A stretch of 63,403 nt of DNA, filler included, from Reticulomyxa filosa (taxonomy: Eukaryota; Protista; Foraminifera), in NCBI GenBank assembly GCA_000512085.1. It is 22 parts of 22 records of this genome, joined end to end, with 100 filler letters (N's around TTAATTAATTAA, not from the genome) between each part and the next. Parts side by side here need not be neighbours in the genome. Positions count along the whole stretch, not along the records: positions 1 to 7,012 come from ASPP01006795.1; positions 7,113 to 8,216 come from ASPP01002844.1; positions 8,317 to 10,166 come from ASPP01007584.1; positions 10,267 to 12,046 come from ASPP01002177.1; 18 more parts are not named here. The stretch is one strand, 5' to 3'. The notes under the pieces are model-generated. The model did no database searches and had not been told where the DNA came from. It worked only from the letters and a program-made list of their open reading frames with translations. This document shows positions 1-11,785 of this stretch, piece after piece (the first letter of the stretch is position 1; every line of letters begins with the position of its first letter). Made by a program: the position numbers and the translations under genes.

Positions 1-65
1 AAAAAAAAAAAGGGGAGGATACATTCAAGTGACAATTAGACACAATCAAAACAAAACAAATGAAG

Positions 66-922
66 CCACGAGTTTGTGTGCGGTGACAATTGGCGCCGCA
101 ACGGCGTCTTACACGTACCAAAATCAAGGCTTGGTGCGCATCCCGATCGCATTATCAATGGCCTTGTCAACGATATTGTTCGCATACTTGGGAGCGACCG
201 TGTCGGGCTTTGTCAGCGCGAAGGCCTTGAGTCGTGTCACCGGATTGTGCTTGCTGGCCACCATTCCCACCATTCTTGCTCCCAAGCGCTCTTGGCAAAA
301 CGCTTCGCATACACATCCCAAAGCCCAAGACAACAACAATAACAACTCGTCGCCTCAAACGTGGCTTCACGCTGTCCCTCCCACGAAGGGAGATCAAAAA
401 GGGGACCCCTCTGTGAACGCTTGGGGTATATATATATATATATATGTATATGTGTGTACATATATACATATATATACACATATACATATACATATATATA
501 CATTGATAGATGCGATTCAGCGACATTTGGAAGAAGAAAAATTTTGGAAGGAACACAAAGTCGAATGGCTTAAACAAAATTATCACTTTTGCTTGGCTGC
601 GATGGTGGCAGGCTTTGCCTCTGGGCTGATTGGAATTGGCGGGGGCATTCTACTTACTTCGTACATGGCAGGCTTCACGGAACTGACACAACACGAGGCT
701 GTGGCCACTTCTCTTGCCGCTATGGTCCCTGGCACTTTTGTTGGCACACTTGTCCACTATCGCGGTGGACGTATCCAATTACCTATCGCTCTTCTTTTGG
801 CTGGCAGCTGTGCTGTCGGCATGAATCTTTCCTCCCATTTCGTCCCTGGCATACCCGATTGGTATCTTCGGGTTACCTTCAGCACTGTTCTAGCTGCTTC
901 TTCTCTTCGCATGCTACTCTAA
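66..922 (+). CDS. TauE/SafE (sulfite exporter) family membrane transporter, 5'-partial, one intron (426-509)
   Basis: Motifs AGFASGLIGIGGGILL, AVATSLAAM, LVHYRGGRI and several hydrophobic segments; ATSL also occurs in the first half, consistent with the internal repeat. Removing GT(426)..AG(509) deletes the YIYIY low-complexity stretch in frame. TAA ends at 922. Confidence 0.85.
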
Positions 923-2261
923 ACATTGCTAGGCAAAACTTTACTATGGGCATACTCGGCTTTTGCATACGAATCTTTTTTTTTTTTCTCCTCAATTCAT
1001 TTTGAAATATAGTCACTTCAAAACAGATAGGAAGAACATAATATCACTTATCCTTCCAAGTTTATTTTAAAACTTTATGCATTTTTTGGTCGCTTCCTTA
1101 CTAACTAAAATTCTTGCCGCGAAAATAATACAAATGTTATGTATTATTTAGTTAATTTGTAAATAGTGACTTTCTAACAAAAATCAATATCTTTTTTTTA
1201 ACCAGCTAGTTCACAAATTTAAATGCAACAAAAACAACATAACGTCTATTTAAAGTTTATCTTGTGTGTTTGCATTGTTGCAACAATATAATCTAAAACA
1301 AAACTTTTCAAACAGCTTGTTTATTTTTAAAAATTTTCTTTTGATTGAAAAGAAATTACAAACACTAATTTATTTCTATTTTTGTTTCGCAAAAAATTTT
1401 TATAGAACTTCGTTTTGAATGTATAAAAAAGTTCAGAAATTTTTCTAACAACGATATTATATAAAGAAATTCGATAATGATCACATTTATTAATGAAAAA
1501 GAAACTTCAGCGCAATTGGTATTGGTACTCCGTTTCAAACTGTTTATCTTTAAGTTCATATTATATCTTATTTGTGTTACGTTATAATTATTATTTAACA
1601 TAAAGTAGAATGCAAAAGAAAGTTGAAACATAAAATTGCACATTATAAAGATGATTGATTTTATTTATGAAAAAACAACATTCAGAATTAATTTTTTTTG
1701 AAAATATGTATAAATATTGTAGTTTTTAAATATGAAATTAGTTTTATAATAACTTTTTCATATATTGATCAAAAACATTGTTTTTTTAAATGGTTTTTCA
1801 AAATTTGCATGAATGCATTTAAATCGAATCTGTATTGACAAGAAGTAATTTTTACATCTTTTTGTTTCTTTTTTCGGAACTTTCAAGTCATGTAGATATT
1901 TTTTTAAAAAATTAGCATTGTACATTTCGTAATTTTTAACAAAATTTTGAAAACTTTTTTTTGTAATGTTTTTACCATTTTATTGGTTTTTCTTGTGCAT
2001 TGATTAAAGTTCAATTCTCATTGGCATTGACTCAACTAGAGCATCTTGACATAGTTGAATGTCATTTTTTTCAAATATTTTTTCAAATTTTTCACAAAGT
2101 TCTTGTTTGTTGTTAATTTTTTTGCCTTTGTATAATTTTACTACTACAATATTAGTAGATATTTTTTTTAAAAAATTATGTTTAAATTTTTATTTTTCAT
2201 GGAGAAAATCGATTCTCTTCATATAGGCCATTTAGGTATGTCATTTTTTTTTGCAATATAC

Positions 2262-2503
2262 TGTACTAAGCCTATTGTGAAAAGTGGTGGAGGAAGCATG
2301 ATGATTTGTGGATGCATGGGGGCAAAAGGAGTAGGTGATGCTGCCAAAATCACAGGAAATGTTAACTCTGAGTTGTATAAAGAGATTCACGCTGACGAAA
2401 TGTGGAACTCTAGTCAATATTGTCTCGAAGAAAAGTATCATGAGGACTTTATCTTTCAGCAAGACAATGCATCTTGTCAAAAGTCAAATTCAACTATGCA
2501 GTG
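2262..2503 (+). mobile_element. Tc1/mariner-type DDE transposase remnant
   Basis: KPIVKSGGGSMMICGCMGAKGVG...NSELYKEI...FIFQQDNASCQKS matches the Tc1 pattern TVKHGGGSxMVWGC...FxFQQDNAxxH. The first Asp, the final Glu region and terminal inverted repeats are not seen. Confidence 0.8.
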
Positions 2504-2699
2504 CAAATATAATTCAACATCATTTGGATACTCAAAGATAACATTATACTCGTTTTTAATCATAACATCTACGAATGAGGAGTTCGTGTTTGTGTAGCAC
2601 ACATTGAAATTGCATAAGTGTGGTGAGCAAATCCTTCAAAGTTTGAAAGGGGGTTGTATTTTGATTATCTGTGTCATTAATGTTGATAAAGTTTTTTAA

Positions 2700-4555
2700 G
2701 TTTAACTTTTTTAAAAAGGGGATTTGACCCTTTTAAAATATTATTTGATCTAATTCAATGCCATAAATCGCAATTCTTCATTTTCATCCTTTATTTTCAT
2801 AATTTTCACTTACTCTGACACATGTGATAGTTCCAAAAGTTTGTTCCAATGTATTTGGATGAGGTTGAGATTGACATTGACATTGCAGTTCGATCAATAT
2901 TGATCATCCACCCCATCCATCACATCCATTGAGTTGAATTGAGTCATGATTGATCAATTGTTGCTCAATTATCAGTTCAATTATTTCACAGCCGCTTCCT
3001 CCACTTCACCTCCACAACTTTCAAAATAAATTTCTTTCAGCAAAGTCTCTTCTCCATACATTTTCCCACTTCCTCATCATTTTCCCATCATTTTGTCCCA
3101 TACCCACCAACAAAACTTTTTCCAATTTTACCCTTTCCAGGATCTTGATTCTGTGAATATCCCAATTGTGAGCAATCAACTTTGGAAGAAGAATGTTTAA
3201 TCCACAAATGGCTTGTCTTGATTTTTAGATGTCCACATTCTTTGTTTCTTCATCTATTACAATTAGCAGTTAAAGTGATATTTTCTCCAAGTAAAAATAT
3301 TCCAACATTGTAATTATTCCATTCAATGTTCTTTAATTGTGTGTTTTGTTTATTTTCACTCACCAATAAAAAATACAATCTATTTCTTAGACTTGGGAAA
3401 AAAAGTATTGCAACTATATTCTCGCAATTGTCGTTGCATTTAAACTTGGTGGCATCTTTTTCTTTTTGCTCGCCTTTTTTTTCTTCTTCAATTTTTGCAT
3501 TAAGTCGTTGAATATTCGTGTTTTGATTTTCAAAATTAGTTTTGATGATTTGTTTGTGTTCTTTAGATTCACTAGCACGAGCGTTAAATTTAATGTCCAT
3601 TTGTTCGATCTGTTCATTTTGTTTTTTCAAGCTAATGATAGTTTCGTTCATCCACATTTTCAATTTCTCGATATCATTTGTTAATCCAATTACTTGTTAA
3701 TCTTTTTTCGATAATTCAGCTTTTAACTTGTCCATTTGCTTTTGTCATTTTTTTTTCTTTTAATAATTTAAAGTAGTGAAAATTAAATTTCAAAAAAATT
3801 ACAAAAAATATTTTGCAAAATAGAATTGTTCACATTAAGCTGTTCAATTTGTTTATCTTTTTCATTATCATTCTATTTCATTGTTTCAATCTGTTTCTTA
3901 CTTTCCACAATTTGCAATTTTGCATTTGTGATTGTAAATCTTTGACTGTATTTTGCAAACTCTAATCTGTCCACTCATCATATTGAATTGATTTTCAACT
4001 TCCGATAGACTAATTTGTTTAGTTGAAATTAATTTGCAAAATTTATCCAAGTGATCTTTCAGGTCTTTTATTTGTCCTTTGTAATTACAATTATTTTTGA
4101 TTTTGCATTTGAATTTGATTCATTTTCACATCCTTCTTCTTCTTCTACTCCTAATTTTTTCCCTTCATTCGACTGTCCTTTTTTTGAGTCAAATTGTCGA
4201 GGGCAAATTACTAATAATTCAGACACTAATTTTCTCAAAGACTTATTTTGCGAAAATTCGCAATGATCATGTCGTTGAATCGGACATTTTCCATTGTTCT
4301 GTTTCAAATACTTTTGTAAGCATTCTTCTCCTACTAAATAAATATGATCAGCGTTCTCGTGTTCATCACAATGTAATTCCATTGCATTATTTGCAATTTG
4401 ATTGCAAAGACAACAAATTAGTGCGATTAGTTTTTGTGGTTCGTTTGTTGGTGAAACCCAATCTTTATTGTAACATGCAGAAATGGAAAAGGTTGTCCTT
4501 TTTTGTTCATTTCGTCCTTTTCTTCTTCACTTGCCTCCGCTTCAAATAGCAACAT
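2700..4555 (-). pseudogene. Disrupted member of an expanded family: RING/TRAF-like Cys/His N-terminus, coiled coil, Gly-rich C-terminus
   Basis: Reads CYNKDW...ICCLCNQIANNAMELHCDEH...GEECL...KCPIQRHDHC...ICPRQF, then coiled coil (3250-3663), then IIELIIEQQLINH...SILIELQC...TFGTITC...RIAIYGIE. Several frameshifts and in-frame stops. The 3' boundary is approximate. Confidence 0.65.
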
Positions 4556-5705
4556 TATTTCTAAAAAAAATTTATTTTAAAAAGGTTTTCAAGTGAACGT
4601 CAAACAAAAGTTCAGCGTTTTTACGTTTGTTTAGAAAAAATAAGACATTATGTTTGAAGCTTATACCATTACAATAATGAAATTAAATACAATCTTTTGT
4701 GTTGTATAAACAGACAAATTAGACTATATAGTGAATTAAGAATAACAATTGGCAAACCATTTAAGAAGTTTATATTGTGCAGTCTTTCACGATTACAAAA
4801 GATAAGAAGATATTATTGATGTTGTATAAATCAAAACAACAAATAAATGAAAAATTAGTCAATGTAAGCATTTTACGTTATATAATTTAGATTGCAAGAA
4901 AAAATAAGCTGTTGTAAAAGGAATCGATTAATTGGATATTGAATATATTAAATCAGAATTAAATGATGCAGGGCGTGATATCAAATTGGTTTTTCGTTCG
5001 ACAAAATCATTTTCTATAATTTATATAAATACAATACAATTGAACAAGAAGAAAACAGAAACGATTGCAAATTGGTTTTATGAATGGTCAAATTATTAAT
5101 TGTAGTGTTCAATATGAAGCGAAATCAAGTGTATAACTAACAAAAAAATCAGAAAACACATTTAACAATAAACATGTAAACGCAAATGCAAAAGACAAAG
5201 AAAAAAATGAAACTAAAAATGAAAATTTTCATGAAGAAAAAAATAAAAAGACATAATCTAAAAATCAAAATAAAACGAACAGAGAAAAAAGATATATTTC
5301 TTTCTTTGGAAAAAGGGACGTTAAAGACAAAACCAAAACGAAACGAAAAAACTGAAGAATAATCCAAAAAGTATGCAATTTCGATAGGCATATTGAAGTA
5401 AGGAAGAAAATGATAAATATCGAATGTTTGTTTATACGAAAATTAGAAGATAAGCTGCCCACGATGTAACCAAATAAAGAAAACAAATCGAAAATAAATG
5501 CTGAATTGTGTTATAAGTTTTCGTTTGAGCTTTTAAAAATTTTACGGCGCTATGCCATATTTGGGTGAGGTGTGACATTACCTTGAAAAAAATATATATC
5601 ATATATCCAAATTGCTGACAGAAAGCAAAACAGCTTATTTGATTGCATTCAGAGATAGCAATGCTTGAAAATGTTTCCAAAAGACTGATGAAAAAAAATT
5701 TGGAA

Positions 5706-6696
5706 ATGTCCAAGACAAGCGACAGAGAAATGTTCCCCTTAACGTTTTTTTTTTAAATCAATACAAAAAAAAAAGTACGATGTCCACTTCGGCTTCAGAA
5801 GTAAAATTTTTATTTACTAATCCAAGACAAGGTTCCAAAGAATTCTTTGCAAAATTGCCTTCAAAAGGTATTTTAGCTAATTTTTTTTTTTTAAACGTTA
5901 GCAAAAACAAGTATGGCACGTCTGTACAAACATTAGAGCAAGTCTGGAAATTTTTGGAGCTTTTGGTATGGTCTCATCAAGCGCCAAAGGATTTTCCTCG
6001 GCTGTTTGAGTGGTTAAGAGAATTGGCAAGTGCAGGACATGGTTTTGAGGAGACATTTATGAAAAACCAGCCAAAAGGAGTGTGTGGAAGAAAAATTGAT
6101 TCAGGAGAGGGTGCGTATGTGTGCAAGACCTGTGCAACACATAGTCTGGGTATTATGTGTGGTGAGTGTTACGATAATTCGAACCATATCGGACATGAGA
6201 TAGAGTTCATGCTTACGGCCAATGGAGCCACTTGTGATTGTGGAAATTCGCATTCTTGGTCTCCCTCTGGGTTTTGCAAATTTCATCCAGGGTCAGATAC
6301 ATTGATTAAACATATTCGTTGAGCATTTTATTGCTGAATAAATAAATATATTTACTTTGTGTGTTTATCAAATAACAGCAACATACACACACACACACAC
6401 ACGTACAGATTTAGATTCTGATGTGAGAATGACATGCCAGTTAGTTTGTGGATACCTGATATTTTTGCTGAGCCATGCCTTTAGTGGTGATCACTATGAC
6501 GTAGTATACGTACCGTCCGGTATGGCTCGCAACTCTTCGTATTGTATCACCTTGGAGCAATGCAAACACGAAATTGCCAACGTGCAGTCCTTTGAAGCAT
6601 TTTCTTTGTTCCTGTTCCAGCTGACAGCTACCCAAGACAAAATATTAATCGTTCACGACGACAATACCACCCCGGACATTGCAGACCGTTTTGTTT

Positions 6697-6742
<46 letters not shown>

Positions 6743-6947
6743 AGAGTTAATGGACAAACAAGAGGTTTCAACAACAACAACAACAACGACAACAAAAATT
6801 GAATAGCGATCGTTGTCCAAGAGTCATTACAATGCACTCCAGATGAGGCGTTAGATTTTGTATGGCGAATACAAATGCTCGGACAAACTTGCTCGGCCGT
6901 TGCTTCGGACGACATTGTTCAAACATTTCAAGCAGTTTGTAGACTTA
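5706..6947 (+). CDS. UBR-box N-recognin E3 ubiquitin ligase (UBR1/PRT6-like), 5' part, truncated at the contig end
   Basis: zf-UBR motif CGRK...YVCKTC...MCGECYDNSNHIGH...ATCDCGNSHSWSPSGFCKFH, then a ClpS-like segment LIVHDDNTT...LQCTPDEALDFVWRIQMLG as in UBR1. Frame-consistent GT-AG introns at 6318-6408 and 6688-6806; the 5' exon structure is tentative. Confidence 0.85.
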
Positions 6948-7012
6948 CGTTGTGTCGTATTTGTACCATTAAACATATGCACATTTTATAAAACAACAAT
7001 TTGAAAAAAAAA

Positions 7013-7112
7013 NNNNNNNNNNNNNNNNNNNNNNNNNNNNNNNNNNNNNNNNNNNNTTAATTAATTAANNNNNNNNNNNNNNNNNNNNNNNNNNNNNNNN
7101 NNNNNNNNNNNN
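7013..7112. other. Artificial contig spacer, N44-TTAATTAATTAA-N44 (first of 21)
   Basis: Identical 100-nt spacers start at 7013, 8217, 10167, 12047, 13935, 16828, 20182, 24186, 25381, 29509, 32073, 33173, 35596, 37233, 44138, 47305, 48486, 50817, 53305, 54517 and 59824. The 12-mer places a stop in all six frames. Confidence 0.99.
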
Positions 7113-8099
7113 TATTATTATTATTATTATTGTTAGTATTGTTATTGTTATCATTATTATTGTCATTGTTATGATTGCTTCCATCATTATCATCATTTGC
7201 AGTGGATGGAAGGATTGCATTGGTTTGTGCGTCAATTTTCGTTTCGCCATTCCTGTCATTGATAGGAGTGGCATTAGAATGAGCATGAAGCTGATGACTT
7301 GGATTAGCAGAAGTAGCAGTAGCAGTAGCAGTGGCAGTAGCGGTAGCAGCAGCAGGGGTTAACAATAATTGGTTGTCCATTTCTTGTGCTTTTGCAAAGT
7401 ATTGTTTTTGATTTTCCTGTTTCTGCAAAGCATCGATCATAAATGCATACAACTCCACTTGGACAGATGGATCAATGGAGTCAATGTCTAGTTCCATTTC
7501 TTCTTCGCCGCCCATTTCGTCCCCGACGAGCGATCGCAACTTGTCCACGACTTTTTCCAAGTATTCTGCGTCCAGCATTTGCACCCCGCGTTCCAACTCG
7601 AGTTTTTGGACCATGGATAGCTCGGACAGCTTGGCATAGTCCTCTGCCGATTTCCGCATGACACGACTATGGACGATGATATCTTGCTCGCTATCGCTCA
7701 AGTCGTCAAAAGGTTCAGAGTCACGAATGAACTTTCCATCTCTTAGGTACACCCCACTTGCCGACGACGATGATGAAGACGGCATTGTTGTTGTTGTTGT
7801 TGTCACCGCTGTTGCAGACTCTTGTGTAAGTGAAGGGGACGTCCATTTGTCAATGTACTCATGGGCGGATGAAGGCGGTGCACGTGGCGTCATCGCGTCG
7901 ACAGTGCTCCCGTCATTGCCCACGCCGGTGGTGCCTTCCATCATGTGCGACGGCGTGTCCTCATTCGGTCCCTCTGTGTGCACGTTTGAGCCTGTTCCTA
8001 CATTGCCATTGCGTCTACTTTTCGACTGTCTTTTTTTAAAGTGTTTGTGGGTCCTGTCTGGGTTTTTGGTATTCTTTTCAAAGTCGTTATCATTTAAAA

Positions 8100-8131
<32 letters not shown>

Positions 8132-8160
8132 GTATTATTATTATTGCCATTGCTATTATT
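7113..8160 (-). CDS. Extra-terminal (ET/NET) domain protein, BET/GTE-like, internal fragment
   Basis: LSMVQKLELERGVQMLDAEYLEKVVDKL...EEEMELDIDSIDPSVQVELYAFM matches the ET consensus, flanked by Asn-, Thr- and Ala-rich tracts. No bromodomain on this contig. Confidence 0.8.
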
Positions 8161-8165
8161 ATAAA

Positions 8166-8166
<1 letters not shown>

Positions 8167-8216
<50 letters not shown>
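8167..8216. repeat. (TAT)n microsatellite at contig end
   Basis: Perfect trinucleotide run into the spacer. Confidence 0.9.
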
Positions 8217-8437
8217 NNNNNNNNNNNNNNNNNNNNNNNNNNNNNNNNNNNNNNNNNNNNTTAATTAATTAANNNNNNNNNNNNNNNNNNNNNNNNNNNN
8301 NNNNNNNNNNNNNNNNTTTTTTTTTTTTTAACAAATAAATATTTAAAAAAAAAATTGAAGCAACGTATATTTACGTATGGAAAAAGAAAATATTGTATAT
8401 CTCGATATATATAAATCCTTAAGGAATTTTTCAAAAA

Positions 8438-10081
8438 ATGTCGTATCGCCATGATCAAGTTGATGGTGATACTTACCTGTTGCTAGAACACTTGGCTACG
8501 CCAAGTCAAAGTCAAAATCGTTTGAAAGATAAAGACAACTTTCAAAGATCCGCAGCAACTAGCGGAGAAACGAACAACACCAACCAACCAGTGAAATTCT
8601 CATTTGGAAAACACACTCAAGATGCAGATACCAGCAGCGCTGCAAATCCGCTTTGGCATTTCGCAAAGAGAGATTTCAACGGTCCAAATGCATCAAATGT
8701 ATCAAACACCCTGCCACTAGCATCGTCCTCCCGCTTTAACATTTCCAGACCAGTCTACTGTTACGTACCGACTGGACCGTCGTTACGCAATTACAGTTCT
8801 ATTTTGCACCATCATCATTCGTTAGTCGCAAACAGCGACGATTCATTACAGAACAAAGTAAAGAATTATATGGCCTCCAGGACTATTGAAAAAGAAAAAG
8901 AATCACAAGCAGCCGCCGACAAAAACGCCGCTCTCAATCAAAGTTTTTATATAAATAAAGAAGAAAATTTATGTGGGGTAACAATATCGGTAAACCAAAA
9001 GCGACCGAGCAACCTCAGTCCAAAGCACTCAACTAACAACAACAATGTATGGCTTATGATATCAAAAACTCATTAGTACGAGTAGCAAAATATCAGAACA
9101 CAACACAGCCCAATTATCAACAAGAAAAACCAAACGCACCAGTGACAACTCCAGAGAAAAAGTGGCCAAACAAGACAACGAACACAATGCCATGGAATGA
9201 ATGTTCATCCGATGAAACAATCAACGATCGCGCCAAACACGCGGACGGGCTTGACGACGGAAAATTCTTACGGATCAGAAAAGATATCGTGTCACCGTCA
9301 GAATTCCAAAAATTGTCACCATATTCTCGCCGGGTAGAACAAGCAGCGCATGAACACATATTGGGTTCGTACTCGGGGCTTTTATCCAACTATCTTTCAC
9401 GAGAGTAAATGCCACACAAGTCTTTAGAACATTACATTAGCACAACACCAATGCCAATGCCGGTCATAGCACAATACCAAACATCAATACACCAGAGAAA
9501 GAAATCGAATTGGGTATATGGAGACGATGTTACTTTGTTGAGCGAAAATTCATCCAATAATAATAACAAATCCAAAAAAGATGAAATCGTGTTGTCGACT
9601 TCTTTCTTGTCTCCCATCGGCCAATGGAAAACCTGGAGACAGAAGAAGAATCCGCAAGTCATACAACACAAACACACAAAAAATGAAAGACAATCACCCG
9701 AAAGACACATTCCCACACTAGAGATACACCAATCTTACCTGGATCAAAGAAACATTCCTAAACAATAGTCATTGCAACGCTGTTCACATCCAATTGCATT
9801 CGGCACTTGGTACCAACAAAATCCATGCGTTTGATTCGATTTTACCTGCACTGCAGCTGAATCCCTCGCCAGACCTGCCAATACAACCACTTGAACAAAT
9901 CCCATGCCTTAAAATCTTCGATCCAGCTTCGTCGATTACTACTTCCAACCAAACCAACTCAGTGTGCGAAATCATGTACGCACACACACGACCATTACTT
10001 TCTTACCCCAATACCCGACACGTTGCGCAGACAACTGTGATTGATGAGTGTAAAAGCAACCAAGAGCCCAAGACATGCTAA
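8438..10081 (+). pseudogene. Disrupted long reading frame of unknown family (four consecutive same-strand ORFs)
   Basis: ORFs 8438-9076, 9049-9408, 9409-9768 and 9794-10081 tile the contig; the middle two are in one frame separated by a single TAA. No intron-like tracts and no recognised domain. Confidence 0.35.
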
Positions 10082-10497
10082 CAGATACACAAAATAAAAT
10101 TCCATCCAGTGATGATACACTTGAATACAACAATAGGATAAAGCAGCAACAGCAAATAGATCCTAGNNNNNNNNNNNNNNNNNNNNNNNNNNNNNNNNNN
10201 NNNNNNNNNNTTAATTAATTAANNNNNNNNNNNNNNNNNNNNNNNNNNNNNNNNNNNNNNNNNNNNAAACATGTCTTTAGTCAAAATAGGCTTTTTTTTG
10301 ATAATGTTTTACTTCATATGCTTTGTTTAGCTTTTATGATCTCATTCGAAGGCGTAAGTAAACCACGTCAGTAGGTTTTTATTAGCGTAATTTATTATCA
10401 AATTTTAAAAGAAATAAAATCTCTTAAGTGCTTAAAATTATTGATACTTCTTCAAACTGTTTATTCTCCTAACAAAATTTGCATTGTTTCTTATTCG

Positions 10498-11785
10498 GAA
10501 AAAATAGACGAACGTATTCCAAGTTATAAAGAAATCAAACAAGAAAAGGAATTGAAATATATAACTAATGCAAATGAACATTTAAATCAACAAATTGATT
10601 TATTTTAGGTTTTCATGTGGAGATATTAACAATAAAAATTTTTTTCAAATGAAAGCTTAATCAAAAATACTTATTCTTCAAGCTAAAAATAGACAAATAT
10701 CAAAGATGCAAATGGAAAATTTAGAATACTTGACAGCTCAAGAAATTAAGAGTTTTGTATGTCAAGCCCTTATCACACACGGCTGAACTCTTATGGAACT
10801 GAGGAGCTCCCTTTGGGTTAAACTTCCTCAACTAACTACTTCTTACTTTCCTTTTTATCATTTTGATTTATTATTTGATTTACTTTGTTTTACTGAAAGT
10901 TACTCTCATTTGAGTAAAACCTTTTCGTATTACATTTAGTGTAGCTCTTCACAGTAGGTTTTCCACAGTTTGGTTACAAAATCGGAAAAAGATGTTGAAA
11001 CATTGAAAGTTATAAACAAAGTGTATGTAGTAATCCTTGAGTATTGATTGACAACATTTTTTTAAACACATAGATAGTATTGCTCGAATGCAAAGAGAGA
11101 CTGAATGAAATTAAAAAAAGAATGCTTATGATTTAAAGAGATTTCAAATGCTAACAAACGATTTATTGATGATAAAATCAAAGCAAAAGTTTTAAAAAAC
11201 TGAACAAATACGTTTAAAAATGTTATAAAATATGTTGGCCAAAAATTATTTAATACTTATTTTTTATCATTTGTTGGTAAAAAAAAATAAATATAAAGCG
11301 AAAAATGAACACCTTCAATCCCAAATTTATAAACTATAAAAACAACTAAACACGACAACGGGTCATGAAAATGGAGATACGTTTCATGAAATTGATTTGA
11401 AGCAATATAATTAAACTATTTTGGAGAACTTCTTAAACTCAAAACAAATACTGGAAAAATAATAATATATATATACTTAACGTTGTTGTTGTTAAGCACT
11501 TTTTTCAAATTACAACTTTAATCTATCTTATTAATCACCACAGCAAGAGTTAAAAATGAAAATAAGAGAGCAAAGACTTTAGAAGCTTGTATTAACGATA
11601 GACAACAAACTACTAATCAAATTAAAAGATGAGCAATGAAAGCAAAACTAGCAAATGCCGACTTGCCTCAGGTAATGGATTATGTCAAACAGAAAAGTGA
11701 AGAGAGTAAGCTTGAATTACAGTTAAAATCATGGCAGCGAAAAGTAGAAATTGCCGAGCTCAGAAATACAAATACCAAGGCTTAA
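10498..11785 (+). pseudogene. CCDC113: CCDC113/CFAP263 ciliary coiled-coil protein, apparently disrupted
   Basis: Absent from the ORF track. Collinear fragments: ELKYITNANEHLNQQIDLF*, LLECKERLNEIKK/NAYDLKR, GDTFHEIDLKQ, ELLKLKTNTGK and C-terminal LANADLPQVMDYVKQKSEESKLELQLKSWQRKVEIAEL (recalled family motif PQVMxYV...WxRKVEIAE). In-frame TGA at 11630-11632; TAA at 11783-11785. Confidence 0.7.

Noticed and set aside
7057-7068. Recurrent palindrome TTAATTAATTAA as a biological motif
   Set aside because: Always centred in exactly 44+44 N; it is a six-frame-stop joining linker. ORFs containing X or ending in LIN are artefacts.
10797-10926. Two small hairpins inside the CCDC113 region as an H/ACA snoRNA
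   Set aside because: Stems are short and no correctly placed H or ACA box was found.
9406-11632. Stop-codon reassignment or readthrough (TAA at 9406, TGA at 11630)
   Set aside because: Conserved genes here end normally in TAA (922), TAG (27749) and TGA (45367) and have no internal stops. The in-frame stops occur only in loci that carry other lesions.
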